This document shows positions 55,214 through 64,000 of a DNA stretch of 64,000 bases, one piece after another (position 1 is the stretch's first letter; each line of letters begins with the position of its first letter). The position numbers and the translations under genes were made by a program. The DNA is from Roseibacillus sp. (GTDB lineage: Bacteria > Verrucomicrobiota > Verrucomicrobiia > Verrucomicrobiales > Akkermansiaceae): NCBI GenBank assembly GCA_965242925.1, contig CBDEUM010000009.1, forward strand, positions 97,514 through 161,513, in the 5' to 3' direction. The notes under the pieces are model-generated. The model had not been told where the DNA came from. It ran no database searches and saw nothing but the letters and a program-made list of their open reading frames with translations.

Positions 55214-56260
55214 ATGAGCGAAGAGTCCAAATCGACAGCAAAACCCGAACGGAGCGTGATCCGGCGCCTCGGCACCAACCTCTTGGCCATCCTGCGCACC
55301 CTGGTCTATCTCCTGGGCATCGCCTGGGCCAGCGGTGCGGTCTCCTACGACGCGCCCCTCCCCGCCGAGAGCGAAGTGGATCGAACGTTCCTGGCCGGTG
55401 GCTATGCCCTGGTGGTTTTCCTCACCCTCCTGGCCCTCGGCTCCCGCCTGCGGCGCTTCCTCGGGTGGATTACGGCCATCGCCCTGGTGGCCGTCCCCTG
55501 GTCGTTGAAGAAACCGGTCCGCCAGGCAGACTGGGAACCCGCGTGGTCACGGATGCCGTCCGCTTCCACCACGGGCGACCTGGTAACCTTCCACAACTTT
55601 CGCAATTTCGATTATGACCTCCAAGGTGGAGTCACGGAACGGTGGGAAACACGGGTGGCAGACCTCTCCAAGCTGAAGGGACTCGACCTTGCTCACCACG
55701 TCCTGAAGCACGATCTCCTTGCCCATCCCCTCCTCTGCTTCGATTTTGGTGACCAGGGACACATCGCCTTCTCCGTCGAGATCCGATACCGTAAGGGACA
55801 GGAGTTCTCTCCCCTGCGCGGGCTCTACAAGCAATACAACCTCATGTACCTGGTGGGCGACGAACGCGACTTCCTCCGCGAGCGGGCCACCATCCGCAAC
55901 GAACCGGTCCGCCTCTACCGCTCGACCTATTCCCTTGAGCGCATCCGAGAGATGTTCCGGGAGACCGTAGCAGCCATGAACGCACTTCAGGAAAACCCAC
56001 GATTCTACAACTCCCTCACTGCAAACTGCTCGACCAGCTACATCAAGCAGGCCCCACCTGGGAAACGGCCGCGGTTCGACTACCGCATCATCCTGAACGG
56101 ACTGATAGAGTCCCTGCTCTACGAGCGCGAGGTCATCGCAACCGACGGGCTCTCCTTCGAAGAGTTGGTGAGCCGCGCCGCCATCAACGAGGCCGCCAAG
56201 GAAGCCCACGGGGACCCTTCCTTCTCAGCCCGCATCCGCGAAGACCGGCCCGGTTTCTGA
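55214..56260 (+). CDS. DUF4105 / Lnb N-terminal-like domain membrane protein
   Basis: Three TM helices, then VTFHNFRNFDY, AHPLLCFDF, FSVEIR, GLYKQY.L.Y..GDERD, PRFYNSLTANCST. Confidence 0.85.
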   Translation: MSEESKSTAKPERSVIRRLGTNLLAILRTLVYLLGIAWASGAVSYDAPLPAESEVDRTFLAGGYALVVFLTLLALGSRLRRFLGWITAIALVAVPWSLKKPVRQADWEPAWSRMPSASTTGDLVTFHNFRNFDYDLQGGVTERWETRVADLSKLKGLDLAHHVLKHDLLAHPLLCFDFGDQGHIAFSVEIRYRKGQEFSPLRGLYKQYNLMYLVGDERDFLRERATIRNEPVRLYRSTYSLERIREMFRETVAAMNALQENPRFYNSLTANCSTSYIKQAPPGKRPRFDYRIILNGLIESLLYEREVIATDGLSFEELVSRAAINEAAKEAHGDPSFSARIREDRPGF

Positions 56261-56305
56261 GCTTACGCTTGATTGGCTCCCGGCAGTCCTCACCATCTCC
56301 CGGTC

Positions 56306-57693
56306 ATGCCATTCGCCTGTAAAATCACCCTTTTCCTGCTCCTTGCCGGATCTCTGCTTCCCCGAGTGGTGGCGGCAAAGCCCAACATCCTCCTCATTTA
56401 CACCGACGACCAGGGATCGGTCGACGCCCGGTGCTATGGGGCCCGGGACCTCACCACTCCCGCCATGGACAGCCTTGCTGCGAAGGGCGTACGCTTTACC
56501 CAGATGCTGGCGCCGGCGGCGGTCTGCTCTCCCTCCCGGGCGGGCCTCTTGGGAGGCTGCATTCCCATGCGCCTCGGAGCTCCCGGAAACATTTCCTCCT
56601 CCCGCGGCGGCAAGGGCCTCTCCCCTCGACTCTACCTCCTGCCGGAGGCCATGCGGGATGCCGGCTACCGCACCCATCACGTTGGCAAATGGCACCTCGG
56701 CTACACCGACGAGACCATGCCCAACAGTCAGGGCTTTGAGACTTCCTTTGGTCATATGGGTGGGTGCATCGACAACTATTCCCACTTCTTCTACTGGGCG
56801 GGCCCGAACCGGCACGACCTCTGGCGCAATGGCAGGGAGGTCTGGCGTGATGGCGAAGGCTTCGGGGAACTGATGGTGGAGGAGGCTAAGGCTGTCATTG
56901 CCAGCAAGGACAAGCGCCCCTTTTTCATCTACTGGGCCATCAACTGGCCACACTACCCCCTGCAGGGGTCCGACAAATGGCGCGCCCACTACCGGGCCAG
57001 GAACCTTGCGCACCCCCGCGACAAGTACGCCGCCTTCGTTTCGACCATGGATGAACTGATTGGCCAGGTCATCGCAGCACCTCGATCAGCACAGGGCAAC
57101 GAAACAACACCATTGTGATCCTGCAATCCGATCATGGGCACTCGGTCGAGGAGCGGACCTTCCGGAGGTGGAGGGAGCTCAGGGCCCTATCGCGTGGCCA
57201 TAAGTTCTCCTTCCTCGAGGGCGGGATACGGGTGCCTGCCATCGTGAGCTGGCCGGGCACCCTGCCGGAAGGAGAGGTGCGCAGCCAGTTTGTAACCGGT
57301 TGCGACTGGTTCCCCACCCTCGCCAAGTGGGCGGATGCTCCTCTCCCCAAGGGACTAAAGCTCGACGGCAAGGATATCAACGCCGTGATCCGCTCCTCCG
57401 ATGCCCCCTCTCCACACAAAGACTTCTTCTGGACCCAGGACTTCAGCCGGAACAAGAACGCCCCCTGGGCCGTCCGCAAGGGAGACTGGAAACTGCTCCA
57501 CCGACCTCTCGACCAGGTCACCCCCTGGAAAGGCGGCAAGGCGCCCGCCCACTTCCTGGTCAACCTCACGCAGGATCCCGGAGAAACCACCAACCTGGCC
57601 GAAAACGAACCCGCCCGCCTTGCGGAACTCCAGCAACTCGCCAAGCGCTACCAGGATGACCTCCTCCCCGACTTCCAGGCGGCCCGGAAGTAG
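56306..57693 (+). CDS. Sulfatase (S1 family), secreted; several apparent indels at 57080-57200
   Basis: PNILLIYTDDQG, CSPSR, GKWHLG, NWPHYP, QSDHG, EGGIRVP, VRKGDWKL. Confidence 0.9.
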
Positions 57694-57827
57694 CCGGTTG
57701 ACCGCGTCATCCACTACTTGAATCCTCCTCGTAGTCAAAAATACCCCCGTCCCCGCTTCGTACCCTGCACGTTCCTGGTGGCTTCGGACGACAAATCTGC
57801 AATCGTCTAATCGCATTCCCTCTCATC

Positions 57828-59510
57828 ATGTTCCGATCCATTTTCTGGCTCACCATCCTCTCCTCCCTGATCCCAGGAACGGCTGCGGCCAGCACGCGGC
57901 CGAATATCGTCCTCATCATGGCCGACGACCTGGGATTCTCGGACCTCGGGTGCTATGGAGCGGAAATCCGTACTCCCCACCTCGACCAGCTCGCCAGGGA
58001 CGGTCTGCGGTTCTCCCAGTTCTACAACACCGCCAAGTGCCACTCTTCCCGGGTCTCGCTGCTGACCGGTCTCTACTGTGACCAGGCCGGCAGCAACTCC
58101 CTCTCCCGGGGCGCGACTATCGCAGAAGTCCTCAGGGCCGCAGGCTACTCTACCGCGATGTCAGGAAAGTGGCACCTTTCCGGCAACCCCGTTGAGTTTG
58201 GATTCCAGCACTACTGGGGACACCTTTCCGGGGCCACCAACTTCTTTACAGGAGACGACACGTTCCGCCTCGGTGCCGAGAAATGGAAGGTTCCCGCCAA
58301 GCTGAATGGCAAGCCCTTCTACGTTACTGATGCCATCACCGACTTCGCGATCGACTTCATCGACAAGATGGTGCCCGGGGAAACGGAGGGAGCCTCCGAA
58401 AACCCCTTCCTCCTGTATGTCGCCTACAACGCCCCGCACTACCCCCTGCAGGCTCCCGAGAAGGAAGTCGCCAAGTACAAGGGCCTCTACGAGGCGGGGT
58501 GGGACGAGCTTCGGAGGCAGCGCTATCTAAAACAAATGAAGACCGGGCTCTTCCCCCGCACATTCGAGCTCAGTCAGCGGCCTTCTCATGTTCCCGCCTG
58601 GGAGTCCCTTTCCGCCGGGGACCGGAAGTGGGAAGCCCGCCGCATGGAAGTCTTTGCCGCCATGGTGGACGTCGTCGACCAGAATATCGGACGCCTCGTC
58701 ACGCACCTCAAGAAGAGAGGGGCCTGGGAAAACACCCTCTTCCTCTTCTGCTCCGACAACGGGGCCTGCCCCTTCGAGCGCACCCGGGGCAAGGATCTTC
58801 AACCATGGGATCCCAAGAGCTACTGGTGTTATGATGTGGGCTGGGCCCACGTCGGCAACACCCCCTTCCGACTCTACAAACAGAACCAGCACGAGGGCGG
58901 TATTTCCTCCCCGCTCATCGCGCACTGGCCCAGGGGGCTGAAAGCCGAACCCGGTCGCTCTGCCGCCGGCGTCGACCAGACCCTCAGCCCGACTCCCCTC
59001 GGGCCAATCACCCGCCAACCCGGCCATCTCATCGACTTCATGGCCACCTTCCTTGAACTGGGCAAGGCCAGCTATCCGAAGAAGGTGGGCTCACGCACCA
59101 TCGATCCGCTCCAGGGCAAGTCCCTCGCGCCCATCTTACAGGGCAAACAGCGGGAGGGGCACACCACCCTCTACCAGCATTTCGGGACGGACCGCGCCCT
59201 GCGGCAGGGGGACTGGAAAGTGGTGGCCGCCAAGGGTGGTCGCTGGGAACTTTATAACATGGCCGAGGATCGCACCGAACTCAATGACCTGCGAAGGAAA
59301 CAACCCGAGCGAGCCACTCGTATGATTGCCGAGTGGTTCCGCATCGCCAGGGAAGTCGACCGACTCAAACCCGGCCAGCTCAAGCCCGGCACCGGCAGGC
59401 TGAGCCCCCTCAGGTTCGGGAAGCGAAACGACCCGGGCGAAGGAGGTGCCCCGCCAAAGAAAAAGGGATCCCGCAAGAAGAAGCAGCCGAAGTCCCCTTC
59501 CGCTTCCTGA
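57828..59510 (+). CDS. Arylsulfatase-like sulfatase, secreted, with variant signature CHSSR
   Basis: PNIVLIMADDLGFSDLGCYG, FYNTAKCHSSRVSLLTG, GKWHL, YNAPHYPLQAP, SDNGA, HEGGISSP. Confidence 0.94.
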   Translation: MFRSIFWLTILSSLIPGTAAASTRPNIVLIMADDLGFSDLGCYGAEIRTPHLDQLARDGLRFSQFYNTAKCHSSRVSLLTGLYCDQAGSNSLSRGATIAEVLRAAGYSTAMSGKWHLSGNPVEFGFQHYWGHLSGATNFFTGDDTFRLGAEKWKVPAKLNGKPFYVTDAITDFAIDFIDKMVPGETEGASENPFLLYVAYNAPHYPLQAPEKEVAKYKGLYEAGWDELRRQRYLKQMKTGLFPRTFELSQRPSHVPAWESLSAGDRKWEARRMEVFAAMVDVVDQNIGRLVTHLKKRGAWENTLFLFCSDNGACPFERTRGKDLQPWDPKSYWCYDVGWAHVGNTPFRLYKQNQHEGGISSPLIAHWPRGLKAEPGRSAAGVDQTLSPTPLGPITRQPGHLIDFMATFLELGKASYPKKVGSRTIDPLQGKSLAPILQGKQREGHTTLYQHFGTDRALRQGDWKVVAAKGGRWELYNMAEDRTELNDLRRKQPERATRMIAEWFRIAREVDRLKPGQLKPGTGRLSPLRFGKRNDPGEGGAPPKKKGSRKKKQPKSPSAS

Positions 59511-59534
59511 AACTTCACCTTCCCCTCCTCACTC

Positions 59535-61046
59535 ATGAAATTACTCGCCCTGCTTCCCCTTGCCTTTCTCCTCCTGGGCCCTGGTCCAGCCGATGGAGCC
59601 AAGCCCAACCTCCTCCTCATCACCGTGGACGACATGTCCTGTGACTCGGTGGGAGTCTTCGGCTGCAAACTCAAAGGCACCACCCCGCACATCGACCGAC
59701 TGGCCGGCGAAAGCCTGCGCTTCGGCCACGCCCACGTGCAGGTGGGCAACTGCTATCCATCCCGTAACGTCATGTTCTCGGGACGCTACCCCCACAATAC
59801 CGGGGTGGAGGGTTTCTACCAGGTCAAGCCTATCAAGTTCCCCGTCCTCTGCGACCTCATGAAGGCCGGGGGCTACTACACCGCCATTCGCGGCAAGGTC
59901 AGTCACTCGACCCCCTACCAGCCCTATCCATGGGACGCCGACCTCACCATCGGACCGGACGGCAGCAAACTGCACCTCAAGGATGTGCCCTCCTATGGCG
60001 AATGCACCCGACGCGGGATCGCCCAGGCCAGGGCCGCCGGCAAACCCTTCTGCCTCAACATCAATATTTCAGATCCCCACAAGCCTTTCTGGAAACCGAA
60101 CGATCCCCACAAGGTCTCGCGAATCTTCAAACCGGAAGAAGTCCCCATCCCCGGGTTCCTCTTCGACCACCCCGATGTGCGGAAGGAACTTGCCCTCTAC
60201 TACACCTCCGTACGCCGGGCCGATGACGCGGTGGGGGCCATCCTCCAGGCCCTTGAGAAATCGGGACAGAAGGACCATACAATCGTGATGTTCCTGAGCG
60301 ATCACGGCATGCCTCTCCCCTTCGCCAAGACCCAGCTCTACCACCACAGCACCCGCACCCCCTGGATCATCCGCTGGCCGGGAGTGACCGAGGCCGGCTC
60401 GGTCAATAGGTCCCACATGATCTCCGCAGTGGACCTGCTGCCCACCATGCTTGAGATGGCAGGGCTGAAAACCCCGCGCGGACTCGACGGGCACTCCTTC
60501 GTTCCCGTCATGAAGGGCCAGGAGCAGAAGGGGCGCGAGGCAGTCTTCAAGGTCTATAATGAAAACGCGGGCGGCAACCGCCACCCAATCCGCGGACTAC
60601 AGACCAGGAAGCACCTCTACCTCTTCAATCCCTGGTCAGATGGCCAGAACGTCTTCAGGACCGCCACCAACGGAACGGCCACCTACCGCCAGATGAAAAA
60701 ACTGGCCGCGACTGATCAGAAGATCGCCGGCCGCCTCGCCACCATGGACCACCGCAGCGTGGAAGAACTCTACGACGTGGAGAAGGACCCCGATTGCCTG
60801 CACAACCTGGCCGGGGAAGAGTCGCACCGGGAAATCAAGCGTAGTCTGCAGGCCCGCCTCCACAGGTTCATGGAAGAGAGCAATGACCACGCCCTCACAC
60901 CTTTCCTCAAGCGCGATGATCCCGCCGCCCTGGCAGTCTACATGAAGAAAGTGCAGGACGAATCCGTCCAGCGCCGGGCCGCCCGCCGCAAGGGAAGGAA
61001 CAAAAACAAGGCCAATAAAAAGGCCCCCAAGAAGAAGGCGCCCTGA
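59535..61046 (+). CDS. Sulfatase (heparan N-sulfatase/SGSH-like), secreted
   Basis: PNLLLITVDD, CYPSR, GRYPH, DPHKPF, YYTSVRRAD, FLSDHGMPLPFAKTQLY, EELYD. Confidence 0.93.
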   Translation: MKLLALLPLAFLLLGPGPADGAKPNLLLITVDDMSCDSVGVFGCKLKGTTPHIDRLAGESLRFGHAHVQVGNCYPSRNVMFSGRYPHNTGVEGFYQVKPIKFPVLCDLMKAGGYYTAIRGKVSHSTPYQPYPWDADLTIGPDGSKLHLKDVPSYGECTRRGIAQARAAGKPFCLNINISDPHKPFWKPNDPHKVSRIFKPEEVPIPGFLFDHPDVRKELALYYTSVRRADDAVGAILQALEKSGQKDHTIVMFLSDHGMPLPFAKTQLYHHSTRTPWIIRWPGVTEAGSVNRSHMISAVDLLPTMLEMAGLKTPRGLDGHSFVPVMKGQEQKGREAVFKVYNENAGGNRHPIRGLQTRKHLYLFNPWSDGQNVFRTATNGTATYRQMKKLAATDQKIAGRLATMDHRSVEELYDVEKDPDCLHNLAGEESHREIKRSLQARLHRFMEESNDHALTPFLKRDDPAALAVYMKKVQDESVQRRAARRKGRNKNKANKKAPKKKAP

Positions 61047-61048
61047 CT

Positions 61049-61501
61049 TCAGGTTCCCCACCGCTGCAGTTCCACGATATTGCCCTCGGGATCCCGGAGG
61101 TAGATCATCTCCACCTGCTCGCCTTCGCTTGTTTCAAAGACGGTTAACTCCCCGTATGCCGAACCTCCTGCGGCCAGAAATTCGTCCCGCGCCATCTTCA
61201 CGTCCTCCACCGCGAAGGCAATGTGAGTAAGCCCCGGTCGATTGATCTGCGGCTCCTGTGATGTTTCCCCCGGGTGGTACTCAAAGATCTCCAGCGTTGG
61301 ACCGCCCTCGCCGTATCCCGGCAACTGCAGGTGCATCCCCTGCAGGATTGCCCCCGGAAGTGCGGTTGCGGCTTCAAGATTCGCCCCGCCATAATCCCGC
61401 TCCGGCGGAAGCGGGATGCACCCGAGGACCTCCTCGTAAAACCGCGCCAGCTTCCTCCAGTCCCTCGCAACCAAATTGGTGTGGACATACTTCGCCTTCA
61501 T
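61049..61501 (-). CDS. VOC (glyoxalase/bleomycin resistance) family protein
   Basis: YVHTNLVARD, FYEEVLG, LEIFEY, GLTHIAFAVED, YLRDPEGNIVEL. Confidence 0.9.
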   Translation of the reverse strand: MKAKYVHTNLVARDWRKLARFYEEVLGCIPLPPERDYGGANLEAATALPGAILQGMHLQLPGYGEGGPTLEIFEYHPGETSQEPQINRPGLTHIAFAVEDVKMARDEFLAAGGSAYGELTVFETSEGEQVEMIYLRDPEGNIVELQRWGT

Positions 61502-61591
61502 GCGCTCCAACCAAGAGCAGCCCGGGCCAGAACACAATCGAACGATTCTTCTTTCGAAACGACAGGCCATTCGCTGAGGTGGAGCCCAAGC

Positions 61592-63068
61592 ATGAAGCCA
61601 CTCACCCTCTTTGCCCTCCTTTTCGCCTTTCATCCAGCCGCCACGCTCGCCAAGCCCAATATCGTTGTCATCCTTGCCGATGACATGGGCTACGGGGATG
61701 TGAAGGCGCTCAACCCGGAGTCGAAGATCCCCACCCCCCACCTCGACGCACTCTCACGCTCCGGCGCCACCTTCCTCGATGCCCACAGTGGCTCCGCGGT
61801 CTGCACCCCCACCCGCTATGGCCTCCTCACCGGCCGCTACTGCTGGCGCTCGCGCCTGAAGAGCGGAGTCCTTTTCCCGCCCCGCGACAAGCCCCTCATC
61901 GAGGACGATCGACCCACCATCGCCAGTTACCTCAAGTCCCACGGTTACCAGACCGCCATGGTGGGCAAATGGCACCTCGGCATCGAGTGGGCCCGCAATG
62001 ACAAGGGGAAGGTGGTCTTCGACGAACCCTTTCACCAATGGCCCGATCGAGAAGGGCTTCGACCAGTGGTTCGGCATCGCTGCTTCCCTCGACATGGTCC
62101 CCTACGTCTACCTGCGCGATCACCAGGCAGTTGCCAAGTGCAGCACCACCCAGAAAGCTATTGGTTTTCCGAAGTATGTTCGCGCCGGGCCCCGCGACCC
62201 CGAATTCGACCCCGGCGACGTCCTCGATGATCTCGCCAAGGAGGCGGCCACCTTTATCAAAAAGGCCACCACTCCGGGCAAACAGGACCCGGCCGCCCGC
62301 AAGCCCTACTTCCTCTATATGCCCCTCACCGGTCCCCACAAGCCGGTCTGGCCCCATGACCGCTTCGTCGGAAAGACCCGCCTCGGCCCCTACGGGGACT
62401 TCATCCACCAGGTCGACTACACCGTAGGCGTGGTCCTCAAGGCCATTGCGGACTCCGGACAGGACGACAATACCCTCGTGATCTACACCAGCGACAACGG
62501 ATCCTTCATGTACCGGCGCAAGGACGGCCAGAAGCATCACCTCGCCGACGAGAAGGACCAGGGCTACCGCCCCGCCGACCACTCCGCCAACTATCACTGG
62601 CGTGGAACCAAGGCCGACGTCTGGGAAGGAGGACACCGGGTTCCCTTCTTCATCCGGTGGAAGAAGGGGGACATCGCAGCGGGCACGCAAGTCTCCCGCG
62701 TCATCTGCCATACCGACATCTTTGCGACCATTGCCGAGGCGGTGGGACAACCCGTGCCCGCGGGCTCGGCCCAGGACAGTTTCTCCTTCCTGCCAGCCGC
62801 CCGGGGCAAGGCCGACGTAAAACCCCGGCCCGGCGTGATCAACCATTCGGCCGCCGGCATCTTCGCCATCCGAAGGGGGCCATGGAAACTCGTGGCCGGC
62901 AATGGCTCGGGAGGCCGGCAGGGTCCCCGGGGCAGGCCCTTCCAGAAACCCTTCCACCTCTACAACCTCACGGAGGACCCCGGAGAAACCACCAACCTCA
63001 TCGAGAGCAAGGGGGAGATCGCCGCCCTGCTGGAAGCGGAACTGACCACCATTCGCGGCACTAACTAG
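61592..63068 (+). CDS. Sulfatase (arylsulfatase A-like), secreted; apparent extra T near 62031
   Basis: PNIVVILADDMGYGD, CTPTRYGLLTGRY, GKWHLG, then next frame GFDQWFGIAASLD, YTSDNG, WEGGHRVPF. Confidence 0.92.
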
Positions 63069-63169
63069 CGCCTCTGCCCATCCCCCCGTGAAGGGGTCTC
63101 CCGCCAAGACAGGCTTTTTTATGCTTGGAGGAAAGGCCCCTCCCCACCTAGTCGTAAGCCCCAGTCCCC

Positions 63170-64000
63170 ATGAAACGCCTCTTCCCTCTTCTCTGTCTTC
63201 TTGCCTGCCTCGCTCCCCTCGCCAGCGCAAAATCCCCTAATGTCATCCTGGTCATCACCGACGACCAGGGATATGGACCGGTGGGCCGACACGGCCATCC
63301 CTGGATCAGGACCCCCCACCTCGACGCACTCTACGACAAGAGCGCGCGCTTCACCCGCTTCCTGGTCAGTCCCACCTGCGCCCCCACCCGCTCCGCCATC
63401 ATGACCGGTCGTCACCCGCTTAAGAACGGGGTGACCCATACTATCCTCGAGCGCGAGCGCATGACCCTCCAGGCCTCCATCCTGCCCCAGGTCCTCAAGA
63501 CCGCGGGCTACACCTCCGGGATTTTCGGCAAGTGGCATCTTGGGGACGAGGATCCCTATCAGCCACACAAGCGGGGCTTTGACGAAGCCTTCATTCACGG
63601 GGCCGGGGGAATCGGCCAGGCCTACAACTGCTCGTGCGCGGACGCCCCGGGCAACAAATACTTTGATCCCGTCATCCGCCACAACGGATCGTTCGTGAAG
63701 ACCAAGGGCTACTGCACCGACATTTTCTTCACCGCCGCCCTCGGATGGATCAAGTCCGTCAAGGACAAGGACACGCCCTTCTTCGCCTATATAACCACCA
63801 ACGCCCCCCACGGCCCCTTCATCGCCCCGCCCTCCAACACCAAGCGCTTCACCGACATTGGCTTTGGGGGAAAGCAGGCTGGCTTCTACGGTATGATCGA
63901 GAACATCGATGAGAACATGGGGCGCCTTCTCGCCCGGATGGACGAGTGGAAACTCCTCGAAAACACAGTCGTCATCTTCATGTCCGACAACGGAATGACC
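63170..64000 (+). CDS. Sulfatase (S1 family), 3'-truncated by the window edge
   Basis: Not in the ORF track because it has no stop in the window. Reads MKRLFPLLCLLACLAPLASAKSPNVILVITDDQGYG..SPTCAPTRSAIMTGR..GKWHLGD..NAPHGP..FMSDNG. Confidence 0.93.
   Translation, partial: MKRLFPLLCLLACLAPLASAKSPNVILVITDDQGYGPVGRHGHPWIRTPHLDALYDKSARFTRFLVSPTCAPTRSAIMTGRHPLKNGVTHTILERERMTLQASILPQVLKTAGYTSGIFGKWHLGDEDPYQPHKRGFDEAFIHGAGGIGQAYNCSCADAPGNKYFDPVIRHNGSFVKTKGYCTDIFFTAALGWIKSVKDKDTPFFAYITTNAPHGPFIAPPSNTKRFTDIGFGGKQAGFYGMIENIDENMGRLLARMDEWKLLENTVVIFMSDNGMT

Noticed and set aside
1..64000. tRNA, rRNA, CRISPR, transposase, prophage or defence genes
   Set aside because: None recognised by eye in the ORFs or intergenic regions. 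A tRNAscan/Infernal run would be needed to exclude small RNAs.

Overview
This is a GC-rich bacterial chromosomal window. Its gene content points to a polysaccharide-degrading PVC-superphylum organism, most likely a Verrucomicrobiales genome (inference): DUF1501 and DUF1549/DUF1553 proteins, three PVC-type beta-propeller 'membrane-bound dehydrogenases', DUF1080 proteins, Tat-exported Gfo/Idh/MocA enzymes and eight Cys-type sulfatases. About 47 protein-coding genes and two gene relics can be supported. I found no rRNA, tRNA, CRISPR array or transposase. From about 30.4 kb onward many genes carry 1-2 nt indels, often in homopolymers, which look like long-read or consensus errors rather than true pseudogenes. 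The most notable hidden feature is an exported thioredoxin-like gene (29802-30986, minus strand) that the ORF track breaks into pieces. It has an in-frame TGA at the redox-site position (C-x7-U-P-G) followed by a bacterial SECIS-like hairpin, making it a candidate selenoprotein. Other points of interest are a structured ~360 bp intergenic element with imperfect terminal inverted repeats, three modular dehydrogenases with swapped electron-carrier domains (cytochrome c versus blue copper), a possible periplasmic 3-keto-glycoside pathway, a D-TA/RidA/dipeptidase/symporter operon ending in an SDR relic, a collapsed DUF1549-DUF1501 relic, and repeated leaderless-type promoters. All family assignments come from motif recognition by eye; no database searches were run.
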